Below, piece after piece: positions 1 through 13,318 of a stretch of DNA of 64,000 nt (position 1 is its first letter; each line of letters begins with the position of its first letter). Both the position numbers and the translations under genes were made by a program. The DNA comes from Euprymna scolopes (lineage: Eukaryota), in assembly GCA_053919585.1 (NCBI GenBank), contig CM132794.1. The stretch is one strand, 5' to 3'. Under the pieces are notes generated by a model, which was not told the origin of the DNA, searched no databases, and was given only the letters and a program-made list of their open reading frames with translations.

Positions 1-1552
1 ATATTCGATAGGATACATAAACAGAAAAAATGAAAAAAATTGTCAAACAAAAACAAAACAGCTCAATTCCACACCTTCAATGCGATTTCAATGTTTCAAT
101 GCGATTTCACTTTTTCATGCCAATATATAAGAACGCCTTAAAAACTTGTCATAAACAATATAGCTTAAAAGTAGCAATCCACTTCGTGTCTAGAAGTCAG
201 ATAATAAACGCCTATCATGTTTTTTAGTCTCAGTTTCGTTTTTTTTTTTTCACTAGTTTGAACACATGGAGATCAGCAATGTATTCGAATAAAACACAAT
301 TAATTGGATAAGTTATTAATGTAATGTGTGTCATGTTAACAGTTTGTTAAATTGTTATTCATAAAAATAATCTTATCATTATGGGACCGTTTAAACTATT
401 CTGTACTTTCACACAACAATAAAATAAACACCGAAAACATTTAATTTAATTTGAACATCGGATAAGACTTAGTATGATAGATATAATTGTATAAAAATCC
501 CCGCCTTATGTAACAGGCACTTCCCTTCCAATAACTGAAAATCCGGGTGGTAATACAATTAAAATACTTTATAACAAAAGACAGAAACGGTGTGTGCTGT
601 GTGGAAGTAACAGGGCTATTAATAGTCAATTTGTTATGAACTTGTTGTGTTTATTTAACTTTCGGGAAAATGCAATAATAACAATTATTTTAGCAGGCAG
701 ACTGGGACATGTATTTTGCATATAAATTTAACATAAAATGATTTCCCATGAAATACCGTTCTTACATTTTAGGGCAATTAACCAATTAGTTTTTTTTTAT
801 CTTTTTTTATAAGTGGAAGAGGGGTTTTGACATTTCAACCGATTATCTGTGATTTTATGTCTTTTCCAAAACAAAAACATTATTACGTATTTTGTGCCAT
901 GGTGAAATTAGGATAAACTTTAAATATTACCAAAATTAGTAGAAGAATAATTGCAAGTAAAAAATGAAGTTTTCGAATTAGTGATTTCATCGTAAAATTT
1001 TAGGTTTTGCAATTGGAGAGCTGACATCTTACATAATGACTTATCAGCTTGTTTTCGTCGCCTCGTCCATTTCGTCACTAACGTTAGTCTGTAACGAAAC
1101 ATAGCTCTAGCACATCTTCTACTCGATCATTTTTTTTTTTGGTAATTTTGGGAATTTATAGTAATTTTGACATGCCACTAAGTAGGTAATACCTTTTTCT
1201 CAGAAGCGAATTTAGTTGAATGTTTATGACTTTATATTATTCTGCACAAGCGCCCGAGGTTTAAAAGAATAGATTTTTACTAGAAATGGCTGAATATCGA
1301 GTCTTATGACTGATGGTGATATGATTATATTATATGAATTCACATAAACTAGCAACGGTGAAAGTTTAAAAAAACTTATTATATTTACCGAGTGAGTAAT
1401 ACTTTTAAAACTATTCATTTCAAACATGGAGGGGCGTTTCGTTCCTCTGTTAAACTATATGAGTGATCACCTAACACTCACATTAGTTCGAATACCTATT
1501 GAGATAGTAATTTTAAAATTCGGCTGTGAGAGCTTAGGCATATTTTAACCTA

Positions 1553-2478
1553 GTGAGGAAAGGGCTACTCCCGGCACTTATACAACGTTCCTTATTTAGT
1601 GTAACTAAAGTGCAGTTTATCTGTTTTTACCTTTTACCATTTTTACCGGATTACTTTTACCCTGTGTACGAGCATTTTTCAAGCCTCACACAAAAACACA
1701 CATTCACATTTCAAGCTATGTCATATACATACGCGCACACAAACATACGCGCCCACGTCCACACACGTACACATATTCACGTTCGCATACATACACTCAC
1801 ATTCACGTGTATATACACACGCTAACGCACACATATGTACTCACACAGGCGCACACGAACGCACACATGAACGACGTTACTTCCGTTTTCTAAGGAAATA
1901 TACACATGCGCAAAAGACCACTGGAAACAGGTATAAAAGAGTAACAACCGGCTCTTCCTTTTCCGGCCCAGCCTCCGTGCTGGTCGGTCGGTCTTCGGAC
2001 AGCCCGCGTGCGTCACGCCCACTTACTACTATGTATAGGGCACGAGCTAACAGACTGTATACACACATTCCCACTCTTTCTCTCTCTATCTACCACTGTT
2101 CCCTGAGAACACCTTCGCGTAGCTGACTGCTAACAGATGTCAACTCTCATATCCTCTTCTTTGTCTACACGCTGGACTATCATTCTCAATTTTCACTACA
2201 GCACTTATTTCTCTTCCCACGCGTGAACAAACGATAGTGACCCGAACTTGAGATGAAAACACATTTCCTTTTCTTGCTACAACACCAGTCGTGCAACGAA
2301 CATTGGTTACATACGCGCGGACATGAACACATGTTATAACTAAAACGTCCATTCTTTCAACAGCAAATAAACAGCGTTTATCTTATCCATCAATTGAGTC
2401 TTTGTTTCCTTCAATTCTATTCGTTTCATTATTCTTCTGTAACGGGATTGGGGTATTTATATATCCTAGTCCTTTACA
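1553..2478 (+). mobile_element. Probable solo LTR
   Basis: GC-richer ~920-bp block with TATAAAA (1932) and AATAAA (2366). It ends ...TAGTCCTTTACA, imperfectly inverted to the start (GAAAGGGCTA), and has a CA-rich tract at 1690-1870. No TSD seen. Confidence 0.5.
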
Positions 2479-4516
2479 CCCTCATTTCTTTAGTGCAATT
2501 TTACCGAGCACTAAAAACGCATAACTTATAAATATCAGAGTAAAATATTACATAATATTAAGTTTTATATAACTTTGAAGAAAATATTAATTTCTCATTT
2601 AAAACTAGCGTAACATTATAAATAACTCTTCAGAACAGTTTTAAATCTATTTGCAAAAGTATGAAGCTAAATATTGTAAATTCCATTACCCATGAAGGAA
2701 TATGGGAGTGTGATAATTGAAAAGAGTCTAGAGAGAGACTGACCAACGAACCTAACTTCACCGCTATTTTAAATTTCTTTTGCCTAATTTGTTACAAAAT
2801 GTTATATATGTTTATCGAATAAATAATTTAAAAAACTGTACTGATGATACATTTTGTCGTATATCTCTACTGTCAATGAAAAAAATCATTCTAGACTTAG
2901 ACAAGTTTCATTGTCGTTCCAATCTATTGACTCCCCCCTTTGGGAAAATATGGTTGCCCATATTAAATTTGACGTTGTGTCTAACTCTGACTTTCGCGTA
3001 GGGGGTTAGAAGTAAATAAAACCACATGTTAGTAAACTCATGCACCCCAGACAAAACGAGATTCAAAAGTTTATTCGATTATGTGAACATATGGAAAGAA
3101 ACATAAGTTTAGTGTATATATTTAAAGTAAAACTGTATCTATTTCCTAGCCATTATAAATGTTGCTCTTGTTCATTAATTTCTTTTACAACGAATGCAAT
3201 ATTTGATTGGTAGATTCATAAAACTCGCATATTATTACTATGAAAAAAAAATCACAGACACAAAAAGAAACGTAAAGAACTGAGCTAGTTTATCACTTTT
3301 TGGGTAAGTGCTCTAAAACACTAGACTTCACTGGATATAGACGCTCATTTTACGTTAAATTTACATGTAAACCCCATACTCTAAATGTCTTATTACATTT
3401 TTTTTCTGTTTATTTTTTCTGCTCTGGCACATGATGTTTAAGAATAACTATGAAAAAACAGGGCGAAAGAAAAATATACAACGAATAAATCTTATCAAAA
3501 ACAACCTTAGCTACTATTCGTACTAGCTGGATATTTATTTCATATCTTGCATTTTAACTTATTTTGGAGTGTTTTTTAAACTTAATAAAATGATTAATGT
3601 GTAAAGCCTATTGAGCTAAAACGAAAAACAAAATAGTGCTTTAATATAAGGCATAAGCGAGCCTCGATAATAGATCAGAAATCGAAAATTCAACAAAGAA
3701 ATATAAGAAACGCATGTCAGGAATGTAGCCATGTTAAATCGCTATTATGTGAGAACAGAAATGGCCAACACGTGACTTTGCAATCTCCGTAATGGCTAAA
3801 AAAATCGAAAAACAAAACAGTATACTGGTACAAAAAACAATAAATATTAACAAAGACATGATAAATTACTCTTCAACCTAGTAAAAGATTACATTTTACT
3901 TTTTCAAAAAATAATCGACCTTCCACATTGCATCAAAATAAATATCAAACAAAATAAATAGACTTTAGCAAGTCATTAATTTTCAAATAATTAAACATAT
4001 ATTGAATATCTTTAAAATGCTCTTGTTAAACAAACACACACATTTGTACGTTTTTGAATTTTCGTTATCATTCGTTAGTAGTGTCAGATAATGAGAGAGG
4101 TGAATACCAAATTGCCAAAGCCAAACGGTATCAACTATGTTAACCATCAAAAATACTTTTAGTATTCTGGGATTTTATAATTCATACTTTTGATACATAA
4201 GACGTGAGAGTGCTCGAGCTTCACACGATTTCGGGCGCTGTAGGAGTCCTTAAGTCTAAGCAAATGTAAATGGCACAGGCAGAATCCAAGAGAAATTGAT
4301 GCTACAATTCTTTTTTTCACACGGATGCAGGAATATTCACAAATTGATTTCCAATTTCCTTCAAAACTACACTTTTTTTAAAAAACCTTTTGTCCATTCT
4401 CTGTAATATTTGTTAGTTCTGTTTGAGGTAGCAACAAATACTACTGGAAAAAAACCAACTGAACAAAAGCATATATTCATAAAATAGTTTGATGTAGATG
4501 AAGAAAAAAACACAGC

Positions 4517-5252
4517 TTTTTATTTTTTTATTTTATTTTATTTTTTACACAGTGATCACCACTTATCAAGGCCCGGAAGCCACTCAGGAATAAGGGTTAT
4601 TGCAAGTAAATTACGTTAGTGTGGAGATTTGATGGAGTGTTTACTTAAGGGGGCGGTTCATTAGGAATTTGTTAACATTAGACTTGAAGACATCCAAGTT
4701 GTAGTCCGGAGGGAAGCAGGCAGACGGAACAGAGTTCCACAGGCGTGCAGTTCTAAGAAAGAAGCTTTGTTCATGGAATCCGCGTTTTGATTAAGGCACA
4801 GATATAGAGTGGGGGAAATTTTTCACAGTGGATTCAGCTAGACGGGTGTTTTTCGTGAAAGATTGGCGAGGGGGGACCAGGGATTGGAGTTCAGACGAGC
4901 ACCTGCCATGAAAATAACGATAAAACAAGGATAGGCTCGCAACGTCTCTTCTGGTAGAGAGGGGTTGCAGGGTAGAGAAAAGGGCATCCCCCACTAAGCC
5001 ACGAAGTCTATTTTGTACTCTGTCAAGGCATGATAGGCTGTTTTTGGCAGCTCCTGCCCAGATATGGCAACAGTATTCCATCCTTGGACGTACTTGGCTT
5101 TTATATAGATAGAGAATTGCATCAGTAGTGAGATATCTTCTGGAGCGGTAGAAGGATCCCACCATCTTTCCAGCGACCTTGGCAACAGACTTGATGTACG
5201 TGTTCCATTTCAGATCAGGAGTAAAGGTCAACCCCAGAAGCTTGTCAAAACA
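4517..5252 (-). mobile_element. 5'-truncated CR1/Zenon-type LINE (RT C-terminal region, 3'UTR, A-rich tail)
   Basis: ORF 4791-5231 has LYKSQVRPRMEYCCHIWAGA and RRDVASLSLFYRYFHG, typical of CR1/Zenon ORF2. A T-rich tail lies at 4517-4546 on +. Confidence 0.9.
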
Positions 5253-5519
5253 CGATTACAATGTACGTTTGATTTAATTAGCAATCATTTTTTTTATAAT
5301 TTTTAACAATGTGCTCGATGTCTCGTAAATAAATTGCATTAGTCTAGCGAGTTATTGCAATGTTTCTTGATTTGTTTTGTCTATTTTACGCAGATAAAAT
5401 AACTACATCTTATTTGGATGTTGCTATTATGTATGAAGTTAAGTTTTACTTGTCGGTCTAGAAAAATATAAATATTATCATGAGTAAGAGCAATCGAAAA
5501 TCAGATTTTGAAATATTAA

Positions 5520-5626
5520 AAGAATCGAGTTTGAAGTCGGAAATTGGGTACAAGTTTTTTCAATGTCAATATTGATTCCGGAAGTTTCGATTTTTTTTCC
5601 TATTCCGATTAACCATCCTAATACTA
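5520..5626 (-). mobile_element. Fragment of hAT-like MITE family (same as 13319 and 62122)
   Basis: TTCCGATT subterminal repeats and terminus ...CGATTAACCATCCTAATACTA, matching the reverse complement of TAGTGTTGGGACGATTAATC at 62122. Confidence 0.55.
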
Positions 5627-5631
5627 ACACT

Positions 5632-5855
5632 NNNNNNNNNNNNNNNNNNNNNNNNNNNNNNNNNNNNNNNNNNNNNNNNNNNNNNNNNNNNNNNNNNNNN
5701 NNNNNNNNNNNNNNNNNNNNNNNNNNNNNNNNNNNNNNNNNNNNNNNNNNNNNNNNNNNNNNNNNNNNNNNNNNNNNNNNNNNNNNNNNNNNNNNNNNNN
5801 NNNNNNNNNNNNNNNNNNNNNNNNNNNNNNNNNNNNNNNNNNNNNNNNNNNNNNN
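5632..5855. other. Assembly gap (others 10860-11117, 13082-13217, 30512-30659, 35472-35699, 45060-45242, 59276-59458)
   Basis: Runs of N. Confidence 0.99.
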
Positions 5856-6275
5856 AGACATTGTGTAAAGAAGAATATATACTCCGGTATTGATGCCAGT
5901 AAACTGAGTAGTATATAGCAGTTATTATGTTATGAAAACGGACAGGTTCCAATAGTTAAGAAAGCAAAACAAGAAAAGTTATAACATGATCTTAGGAAAA
6001 AGCTAGAATCGATCCCAGAAGGCAAGTGTTAAAAGATAATATATATTGAAATCCTAGATTCGCATTGTTCTCGCAAATTATGAAATTTTATTAATGTTAA
6101 AGATGGAGCAATTGTCCATTCTTTTTAAAATAACTGGATATTTAAAATGTCAGTTAGTAAATGGACAATAACAAATTTGAAAATATTATGTAACAAATAG
6201 GTTGAATGATATAATTTAATTCATGGATTTCCTTCTTCATGAGAGACTAGCGTGGGGTACCCGGCGTTGATAGGG

Positions 6276-7100
6276 TGTTGGGGATGTGTGGGGGGGTTAA
6301 AAAAAGTAAGTATGAGGATCGAACCCGAACCGGTTAGGCACAGTTGTGAAAAACAAACGTGCGACGTTAACGATTGCCCTACCGCGACATGTTTACGGAA
6401 ACATGTTTGCATTTATGTAATTACATGGATTTAGCAGGTGCTCGTTTTAATGAGGAAATGAGATCGAGTTTGACTGCGGGGTTTCATTTATTGCTGAACG
6501 CTTCCCCCCCCAAGATGTTATAGGAAAAAGACTAACCCACATGCGGCGAGCGACAAATATTGAGTATTTATCTTCTCGAAATCGAGCAAATTAAATACAC
6601 AGGCGAGCGGCGTTGTTAAGTGTGAGATATTACGATTTATATGTGATAAAAAAAGTTGTAAAAAGTTGTGAACTGACCGACCGCTTCTCTGAAGAAGCCT
6701 TATGTAGACACACAGAAAAAGCGAACACACATACATACATAAAACGCATTTTCGCTTTTTTATTTATAGATGGTAGATGCATGTGCAAAGGGCCCGAGTA
6801 AATTGAAAGTAGATAATGGCATGTTGGTTGGCAACACGTCTGACGTCATTAAGAAAGGAGATTTTCAATACAGTAAGACAGGGTCGAAGTTAGATATAAT
6901 CAGATAATCACAGAGTCAGTTAGAGACGAGAGTCGGACTAGTTATTAGTGACACTGATGCTCTTAGAGGATAGGGGATAACAGTAGACCATGTTGCCATA
7001 CAAGTTTGAATTCCGGAGGCGTAAATCAGCCGGTTGATGAATAAAGTAGTCACGATCTATATTTTGTAACTGTTTGTCTTCGTTTCGTCATTCCAGCAAC
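6276..7100 (+). mobile_element. Probable solo LTR
   Basis: Starts TGTTGGGGA and ends TTCCAGCAAC. TATA-like motif near 6895 followed by a CAGT initiator-like site, and AATAAA at ~7040. No TSD seen. Confidence 0.5.
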
Positions 7101-7772
7101 TGAAAATGGAATATGCGTTTTGTCTATCATCATCTGAAATGCACATTGTACACACCACTCCCCAGTATTGTGCTTGCTCCATCATAAGTAATGATTCACA
7201 CCATCTGATATAAAATAACTGTTTAGGCATTCCTCCAATAATTAGTCCGTGTACCTTTCAGCTCTGTTATAATTGTCTCTCTCAGAATATAAATGTTATT
7301 ATCATCCTTTGTTCTGAACCCTGGATATATTTTGTCTCAATATGTACCCAAAAGTTAACAATGACATAAAGATACGTAACAGGAATACAAACTAAGGTGC
7401 GAAGTCAATATAAGTTAAATACTGCCTAAACCATAATGCAGTGTAGATTAAAAGTGGGCATAATTTAAAAAAATCTAATGAAATAAATGAAAAACACTAT
7501 CATGCACTCTGAGTTGGCATATATTAAATAGCAAACTGTACAACCCAACTTGCCACGTTGTATTCATCCTCTTCATTTTCTTTCTACACAACCCCCTCTT
7601 CCCCTTTTTCTCTCTTGAGTAAATCAAATGATTTATTTCATAGGCAAAAATATAGATTACTTAAAAATAGTTTTAAAGTATATAGAGCGGGATAGGGCTT
7701 TATCTATAAATAAGTTTCAGCTCAATCATAGATGCACATACGTAGTCAATAACTTTCATGTAGATACAGGTA

Positions 7773-7775
<3 letters not shown>

Positions 7776-7820
<45 letters not shown>

Positions 7821-8013
7821 TTGTATGCCTTATATGTTTACTGAATAAAACTACTAAATTCATGCAACTATTACAAATTAATTCATCTCATGCTAAACAT
7901 TATTGCTTTTATTTTAAATTCATTATTTCGCGCTTAAATGTTCGTCAATCAAATCGATAAAATTTTATCAATTGACGCATACAAAAAATCAAACATTTTA
8001 TGTGTGCATATAA

Positions 8014-8102
<89 letters not shown>

Positions 8103-8677
8103 CTTACATTTGCATCTACATATATATCTATATACGGGAAACTGCAAAACTTATGCGAAAAATAATATCAACAAGAAATATTTCGTTTTTTGCTAGTATA
8201 TATAATTTGCAACACCTTTATTTGTGGTTCTTTGTTAATGCTAGATTTTCCATTTCTATTGATCTTTCTAGTTTTGTTTTGATCTTGCCCTTGTATTTCA
8301 TTCTCACGGTCTAGATAGTCAACTCATCTCAACATTGCAACAATGCGCATATCCCAATTCATTTTACCGATGAGTTTACAATGCCATGTTTTATTTCATT
8401 TTAACTTAATTATCGATCGTAAGAAACGGTAGGAAAATGTTGAAACTTTGCAAAAATTATAATACTATTCATTTATCACAATTTTATGATATTGGGAAAA
8501 AGAGGCAGTATTTCCAAACGAATTCAATATGCGCAAATTTGCTTAAATATTAAGGCATATAGTGGCTTGGCAAGCTAGTTTTACTTCTGTTGCTTTGGTA
8601 TTTACTTTGCCTGTAGTTTTTTTTACTGGATTCTGTTTACTGTTATTTTGGCAGGCTGCAAATATCAATATCAATAT

Positions 8678-8750
<73 letters not shown>
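7776..8750. repeat. Cluster of (TA)n/(CT)n microsatellites (others at ~10350, 13735, 14900, 32150, 34245, 35025, 38883, 42536, 44150, 46786, 60352)
   Basis: Directly visible; these produce the YIYIYI and SLSL ORFs. Confidence 0.95.
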
Positions 8751-8753
<3 letters not shown>

Positions 8754-8800
8754 TGATGATCATATTTATTGGCACGGTAAAATAAAAGTTAAATTTTGTC
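8751..8800 (+). mobile_element. Tc1/mariner-like terminal inverted repeat (single end)
   Basis: TA|CAGTGATGATCATATTTATTGGCAC directly after a (TA)n run, resembling Tc1-type CAGTG termini. No partner TIR found. Confidence 0.45.
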
Positions 8801-8927
8801 TAATAAATTCTAAAAAAGGGATTAAATTAAAGAAAATAACAAAGTATATTATGTATTTTTAACTGGCCTTTCCGATGCAGCAATCGGATTTTAGAAAAAA
8901 TAAATAACAAAGGAACAACAAACATAA

Positions 8928-10345
8928 TTGCAAAAAACCCTACCTACAGTAGGCATTTCTAGAGGTCAAGTTGACCCTAGATATGCTTCCTGGAAAATTG
9001 GCCCTTTAAACCAAGCAAGGTGGTTAACTTTGGCCATCAGGCTCATGTGTTTATGGACTCGTGGCGCATACCCACAAAGACTCACAACAAAACTGCAGAG
9101 TCTTGTAAATTTTGTTGTAAATGTGTATGCGACTTGCTGGTTTGAAATTAAAAGATATAATAAATTACACAACCAGCAAGTGAACATTTTTAATATGATC
9201 CAGAGGATTAAAAAGCAGCCTGGTGAAATCCAAAAGATCACATTAAGAAACATTCAATGGAATGCATTTTGTTTACTGCCCTAAAACTTTTTATATTCCA
9301 TGCTCAAATCTGAGGAAGTTGAAGTAAGAGAAGAAGCTTTAAAAAGAATTCTAGCCATTAGGTAAGTAAATATTTAGTTATATCACTGATTTAATTATTT
9401 ATTTTAATCTATAGAATCATTTTATCTATTTTCATCATAATTATTAAAGCAGTGAAGATTAGAATTTTTTAATAATTCAATTATTTAATTTTTATATTCT
9501 TTCAGGAATGCAGAACCAACCGGGAAACGATTGAAAAGAATACCGATTATAAATTTTGATGCCACTCATTGGACAGGGTTAATAAATTTAACTCTCATGT
9601 GGAATTTATGAACCAGCAATGACGGAGGAATTTTCTGATTCCGAACTTCGTGATTGTTTAATAAATGGAACTAAAGTGGATTTGCCAGATTTGCCTTCAC
9701 ATTCTCAGGGTGTGGAACGGGCAGTCAAATTAACAACAGAAGCTTCACTGAGTGTTTATGGTTCTGAGGCAAGGCATAAACAGATAATAGGAAAATTATT
9801 GAGTCAAAAGTTGAGACCGTCATTTTTGTCGAAAGGCTCATATATAGAGCAGTTTGACTGTATTTACTAAGCTTTATCAAAATAGTGTTTGTCTATCCTT
9901 ATTTGTTTGTATGTTATATTTTCACTTGTAAAAGTAAATTAATTTTTAACCTATTCAAATATTACAGGTTAATTCATTATGTTAAATGGCAGTTAAAACA
10001 AATACTGAAAATGGGGGGGGGTAGATTTTCAATTTCAAGATTATCATTTTGTTTTTATTCATATCATTTTTATATAATAAAAGGACATTTTGTGATGTAA
10101 ATAGTAAAATTATTTGTGATGTAAATAGTAAAATTATTTGTTCTTTCACACAATAATTCAAGCGAAATTATGCAGAAAACAAGAATTTTCTGTATTTCGT
10201 TGTTTAGGATCTTTGATGTCAAATGCTCAAAAAAACGCTGAAGCATTTGATCTAATTTTTTGTATGAGTACTTAATATAGTAATATACAACTTTCGGTGT
10301 ATACCTCTTTTTAAAATTTTAAAAAAATTGAAAAATCGACCTACC

Positions 10346-10349
<4 letters not shown>
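8928..10349 (+). mobile_element. 3' half of a hAT-superfamily (hATm-like) DNA transposon; transposase pseudogene with an intron
   Basis: Motifs GPLNQARWLT (hAT RW), LP*NFLYSML, and PSHSQGVERAVKLTTEAS (catalytic E). GT-AG intron 9362-9505 preserves the frame. One stop (9282) and a frameshift near 9600. Terminus ...CGACCTACCCTAA (TTAGGGTAGG in reverse) runs into (TA)n. Confidence 0.75.
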
Positions 10350-10398
<49 letters not shown>

Positions 10399-10409
10399 AT
10401 ACACACCAA

Positions 10410-10859
10410 TCTCTATCCCACTGTGTTGTGGGTCCCCTTGATTGGACGAAGACTAATCAAACACCACTGCCTTGTCGGCCTTATCACAGCAAAAGTCTAA
10501 GAGGAGCGAACTCTGACTTCAAATCCTACTGCTGCCTCGCAATTTTAATTAAAAGGTCATAGAACCTCGCCCAGAAAGAAAAGGTGTAGTATGGGACACG
10601 GTAGGGCGACTGTTAACCTCACTGACGTCACCATCGGCCGGAAGCTGCGAATTCCTCTGCTGCCAGTCGTCGAGGATTCGCCCCACTGTACACGAGGATG
10701 TTCAGAGGGTATCTATCTGATGCACAACAGGTACTGCACCTAAACCGTGCAAACAAGTCAGGAGCCAAGGTGGGGAGTCCTGTGGCGATAGAGTGAGACT
10801 ACACCAACACCGAGGGATAAAGAAGTGAGCTCCCAACATCTAGTCACCGTCAAAACTGG
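10410..10859 (+). mobile_element. Probable 5' region of an RTE-clade LINE, running into a gap
   Basis: GC-rich block whose GCAAAAGTCTAAGAGGAGCGAACTCTGACTTCAAATCC segment resembles, from memory, RTE 5'UTR sequences. No ORF evidence. Confidence 0.35.
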
Positions 10860-11593
10860 NNNNNNNNNNNNNNNNNNNNNNNNNNNNNNNNNNNNNNNNN
10901 NNNNNNNNNNNNNNNNNNNNNNNNNNNNNNNNNNNNNNNNNNNNNNNNNNNNNNNNNNNNNNNNNNNNNNNNNNNNNNNNNNNNNNNNNNNNNNNNNNNN
11001 NNNNNNNNNNNNNNNNNNNNNNNNNNNNNNNNNNNNNNNNNNNNNNNNNNNNNNNNNNNNNNNNNNNNNNNNNNNNNNNNNNNNNNNNNNNNNNNNNNNN
11101 NNNNNNNNNNNNNNNNNATAATTTTAGTCCTTCTCTCTCTTTGGCTATTTCTCCATTCAAGATTTTCTCGAAAACTACAATACCTTATACTAAAGGCCAC
11201 TTTGCACCTTACGAAGGAATTGTAGACTGATAATGTGCATTAAAGTAAATCTTATGATATTATTCGATTCACATTAATGTGTAATATCTCTTAATAGGGG
11301 TAATTATATACGTGTTTTTCTTTTTCTGTGGACCTACTTAGCTGATCTGTCTGAAATCTGGTATGTATAATTTTATGGTGAGGTGCAAGTTATAAGATAT
11401 TTTTGATAGAAAAATATGGATTCATAAGCGTTTATAATGATAAAGATAATTAATGAGTGACGTTCCTCCAGTGGGATACCATAATGGTTTGTTCGGGCCA
11501 TCTTATTATAACATACTACTCATAGTTATGTAATGCATAATATTATAATATATCATTAATATTTATTAATAATGATTAATACGTTATTTAGTT

Positions 11594-11684
11594 CACACTG
11601 GTTCTCGCCAGGTCACTGTAGTTAAGCAACGATAAGCCTAGTCATTAGTAGATGGGGTACCATTTTGGAATACCCGACGCTGTA
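11594..11684 (+). pseudogene. 5S rRNA-derived sequence (probable SINE3 head)
   Basis: CACACTGGTTCTCGCCAGGTCACTGTAGTTAAGCAACG...GATGGGGTACCATTTTGGAATACCCGACGCTGTA is colinear with metazoan 5S rRNA, including the A and C box regions. It is diverged and lacks an oligo-T terminator. Confidence 0.8.
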
Positions 11685-13318
11685 TATAGTGCCGGGTTTG
11701 AATGCACTTCCATCATCAGAGGCGTTAAAGTCTCTCTTTACACTAACCGGTGAAATACTATTGAACTAGGTTTTGTAACCACTTCGCTTGCCGATCGGAG
11801 TACCGGAAAGAACGAAAGGTAGTCTATTGATTAACTTTTAAGCAGCCGATCTTGAATTCGTGAAATCTAAACCGTGTTACTCAGATACTACTGCTTCATA
11901 TACAATAACTAAGATTTTCTGTATTTTGTAAGCACTGAACGTAATTATAACCTACTATAGACTCTATACAGAGAAGAATATCATTCTGAACAAGCAACTG
12001 CAGAGGGTGCTGTTGAGCTATGCTCATCGATATCTGCAAAAATATACCTGATACACGAAAGAAGAAAATATTATTGATTAGATTTTTTTACGGTATTCCG
12101 GAAACTGCTGTACGATCTGCATTTCATTTTATGATCATTGTCATTACAAGTGCAGTGAACTATGTATCTGTTCAGTTCGCAGTTAGGTAATTGATGTGAT
12201 TATCAGGGATAATAATCTGTTGTGAAACTGAATACAAATTTAACCATGTTTAGCAATTATTTTAGCATAAACGCCCCATGAATACTACACGTGTTATAAG
12301 TTTTGGTTGTTTGTTAGGGGTTAAAATTAAAATATATATGTAATATTACTTGCACTTTCGGTATTCATATTTTTCGTTACAATACGTATTGCTATAGCAT
12401 TTTATCGATCCACGAAGAGATTAACGTATATCAAATTTAAATTGGCACTGTGTCTATTGTTATATTCTCTAAACACACGCGTGCATAATTTCATTATTAA
12501 ACGCGCAGATTGAATTAAAATGCATAGGAAAATCTGCGCTCGCTTTTGAAGTAAGAGCGTATTATGTGCTGGGTCCGAAAATTGATAATGTATTAGTTTG
12601 GTCTTAAATTGTTTATATTACCATGCTGTTTGTCTATTTGACGTTTCGTTTAATGTCCGAGTAATTTTGAAAAGAATTGAAAAATGGCGACTACATTAGT
12701 CAAACTGATTTGTTTTGTAGGAAAAACATGCGACAAACAACATTTTTGAGCGAATAGCGTGACGTGAACAGTCGTATTTTCTTTCATTAATTTGTATGAA
12801 TTTAAAATAAAAAAAATAACTCTTTTTTTGGTTCTATTGAATCGATGTTGTACAAACTAGACAGGCAATTCAGCAAGCATCCGTAATATTCGACCTCAGC
12901 TCAGAGTGTTCTGCAAAACATTATTCAGTTTTTGTTGACATCAATAAAGCGACAATAAAGATGAAACCTCGGAAGTCTTACTAAAACACAGATATCAGAA
13001 TATATTACATCAGTGTAAATATACAGATATATGTATATGGTGCGAGAATCAGCTGGATATTAGTCATAGCGCCGTCATGTCNNNNNNNNNNNNNNNNNNN
13101 NNNNNNNNNNNNNNNNNNNNNNNNNNNNNNNNNNNNNNNNNNNNNNNNNNNNNNNNNNNNNNNNNNNNNNNNNNNNNNNNNNNNNNNNNNNNNNNNNNNN
13201 NNNNNNNNNNNNNNNNNCAACGCAAACAAGCATTTTCCGATGAATTTATACAGCAAAATCAAAGACAACTATAAGCGTGTAATAACTAATTGAAAGTATT
13301 ATATTGAAAGTAATTGTT

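Noticed and set aside
2838-2870. Other CTGANGA hits (2841, 14208, 17406, 19442, 49768, 56713) as hammerheads
   Set aside because: No properly placed GAAA and stems.
7628-8756. ORFs with YIYIYI/SLSL runs, and all X-containing ORFs
   Set aside because: Artefacts of microsatellites and assembly gaps.
10410-10490. HDV-like ribozyme at the RTE 5' end
   Set aside because: Only two simple hairpins are visible; the nested double pseudoknot could not be built.
11594-11684. Functional 5S rRNA genes (also 55195-55291)
   Set aside because: The 5' ~15 nt are missing, there are many substitutions, no oligo-T terminator and no tandem array.
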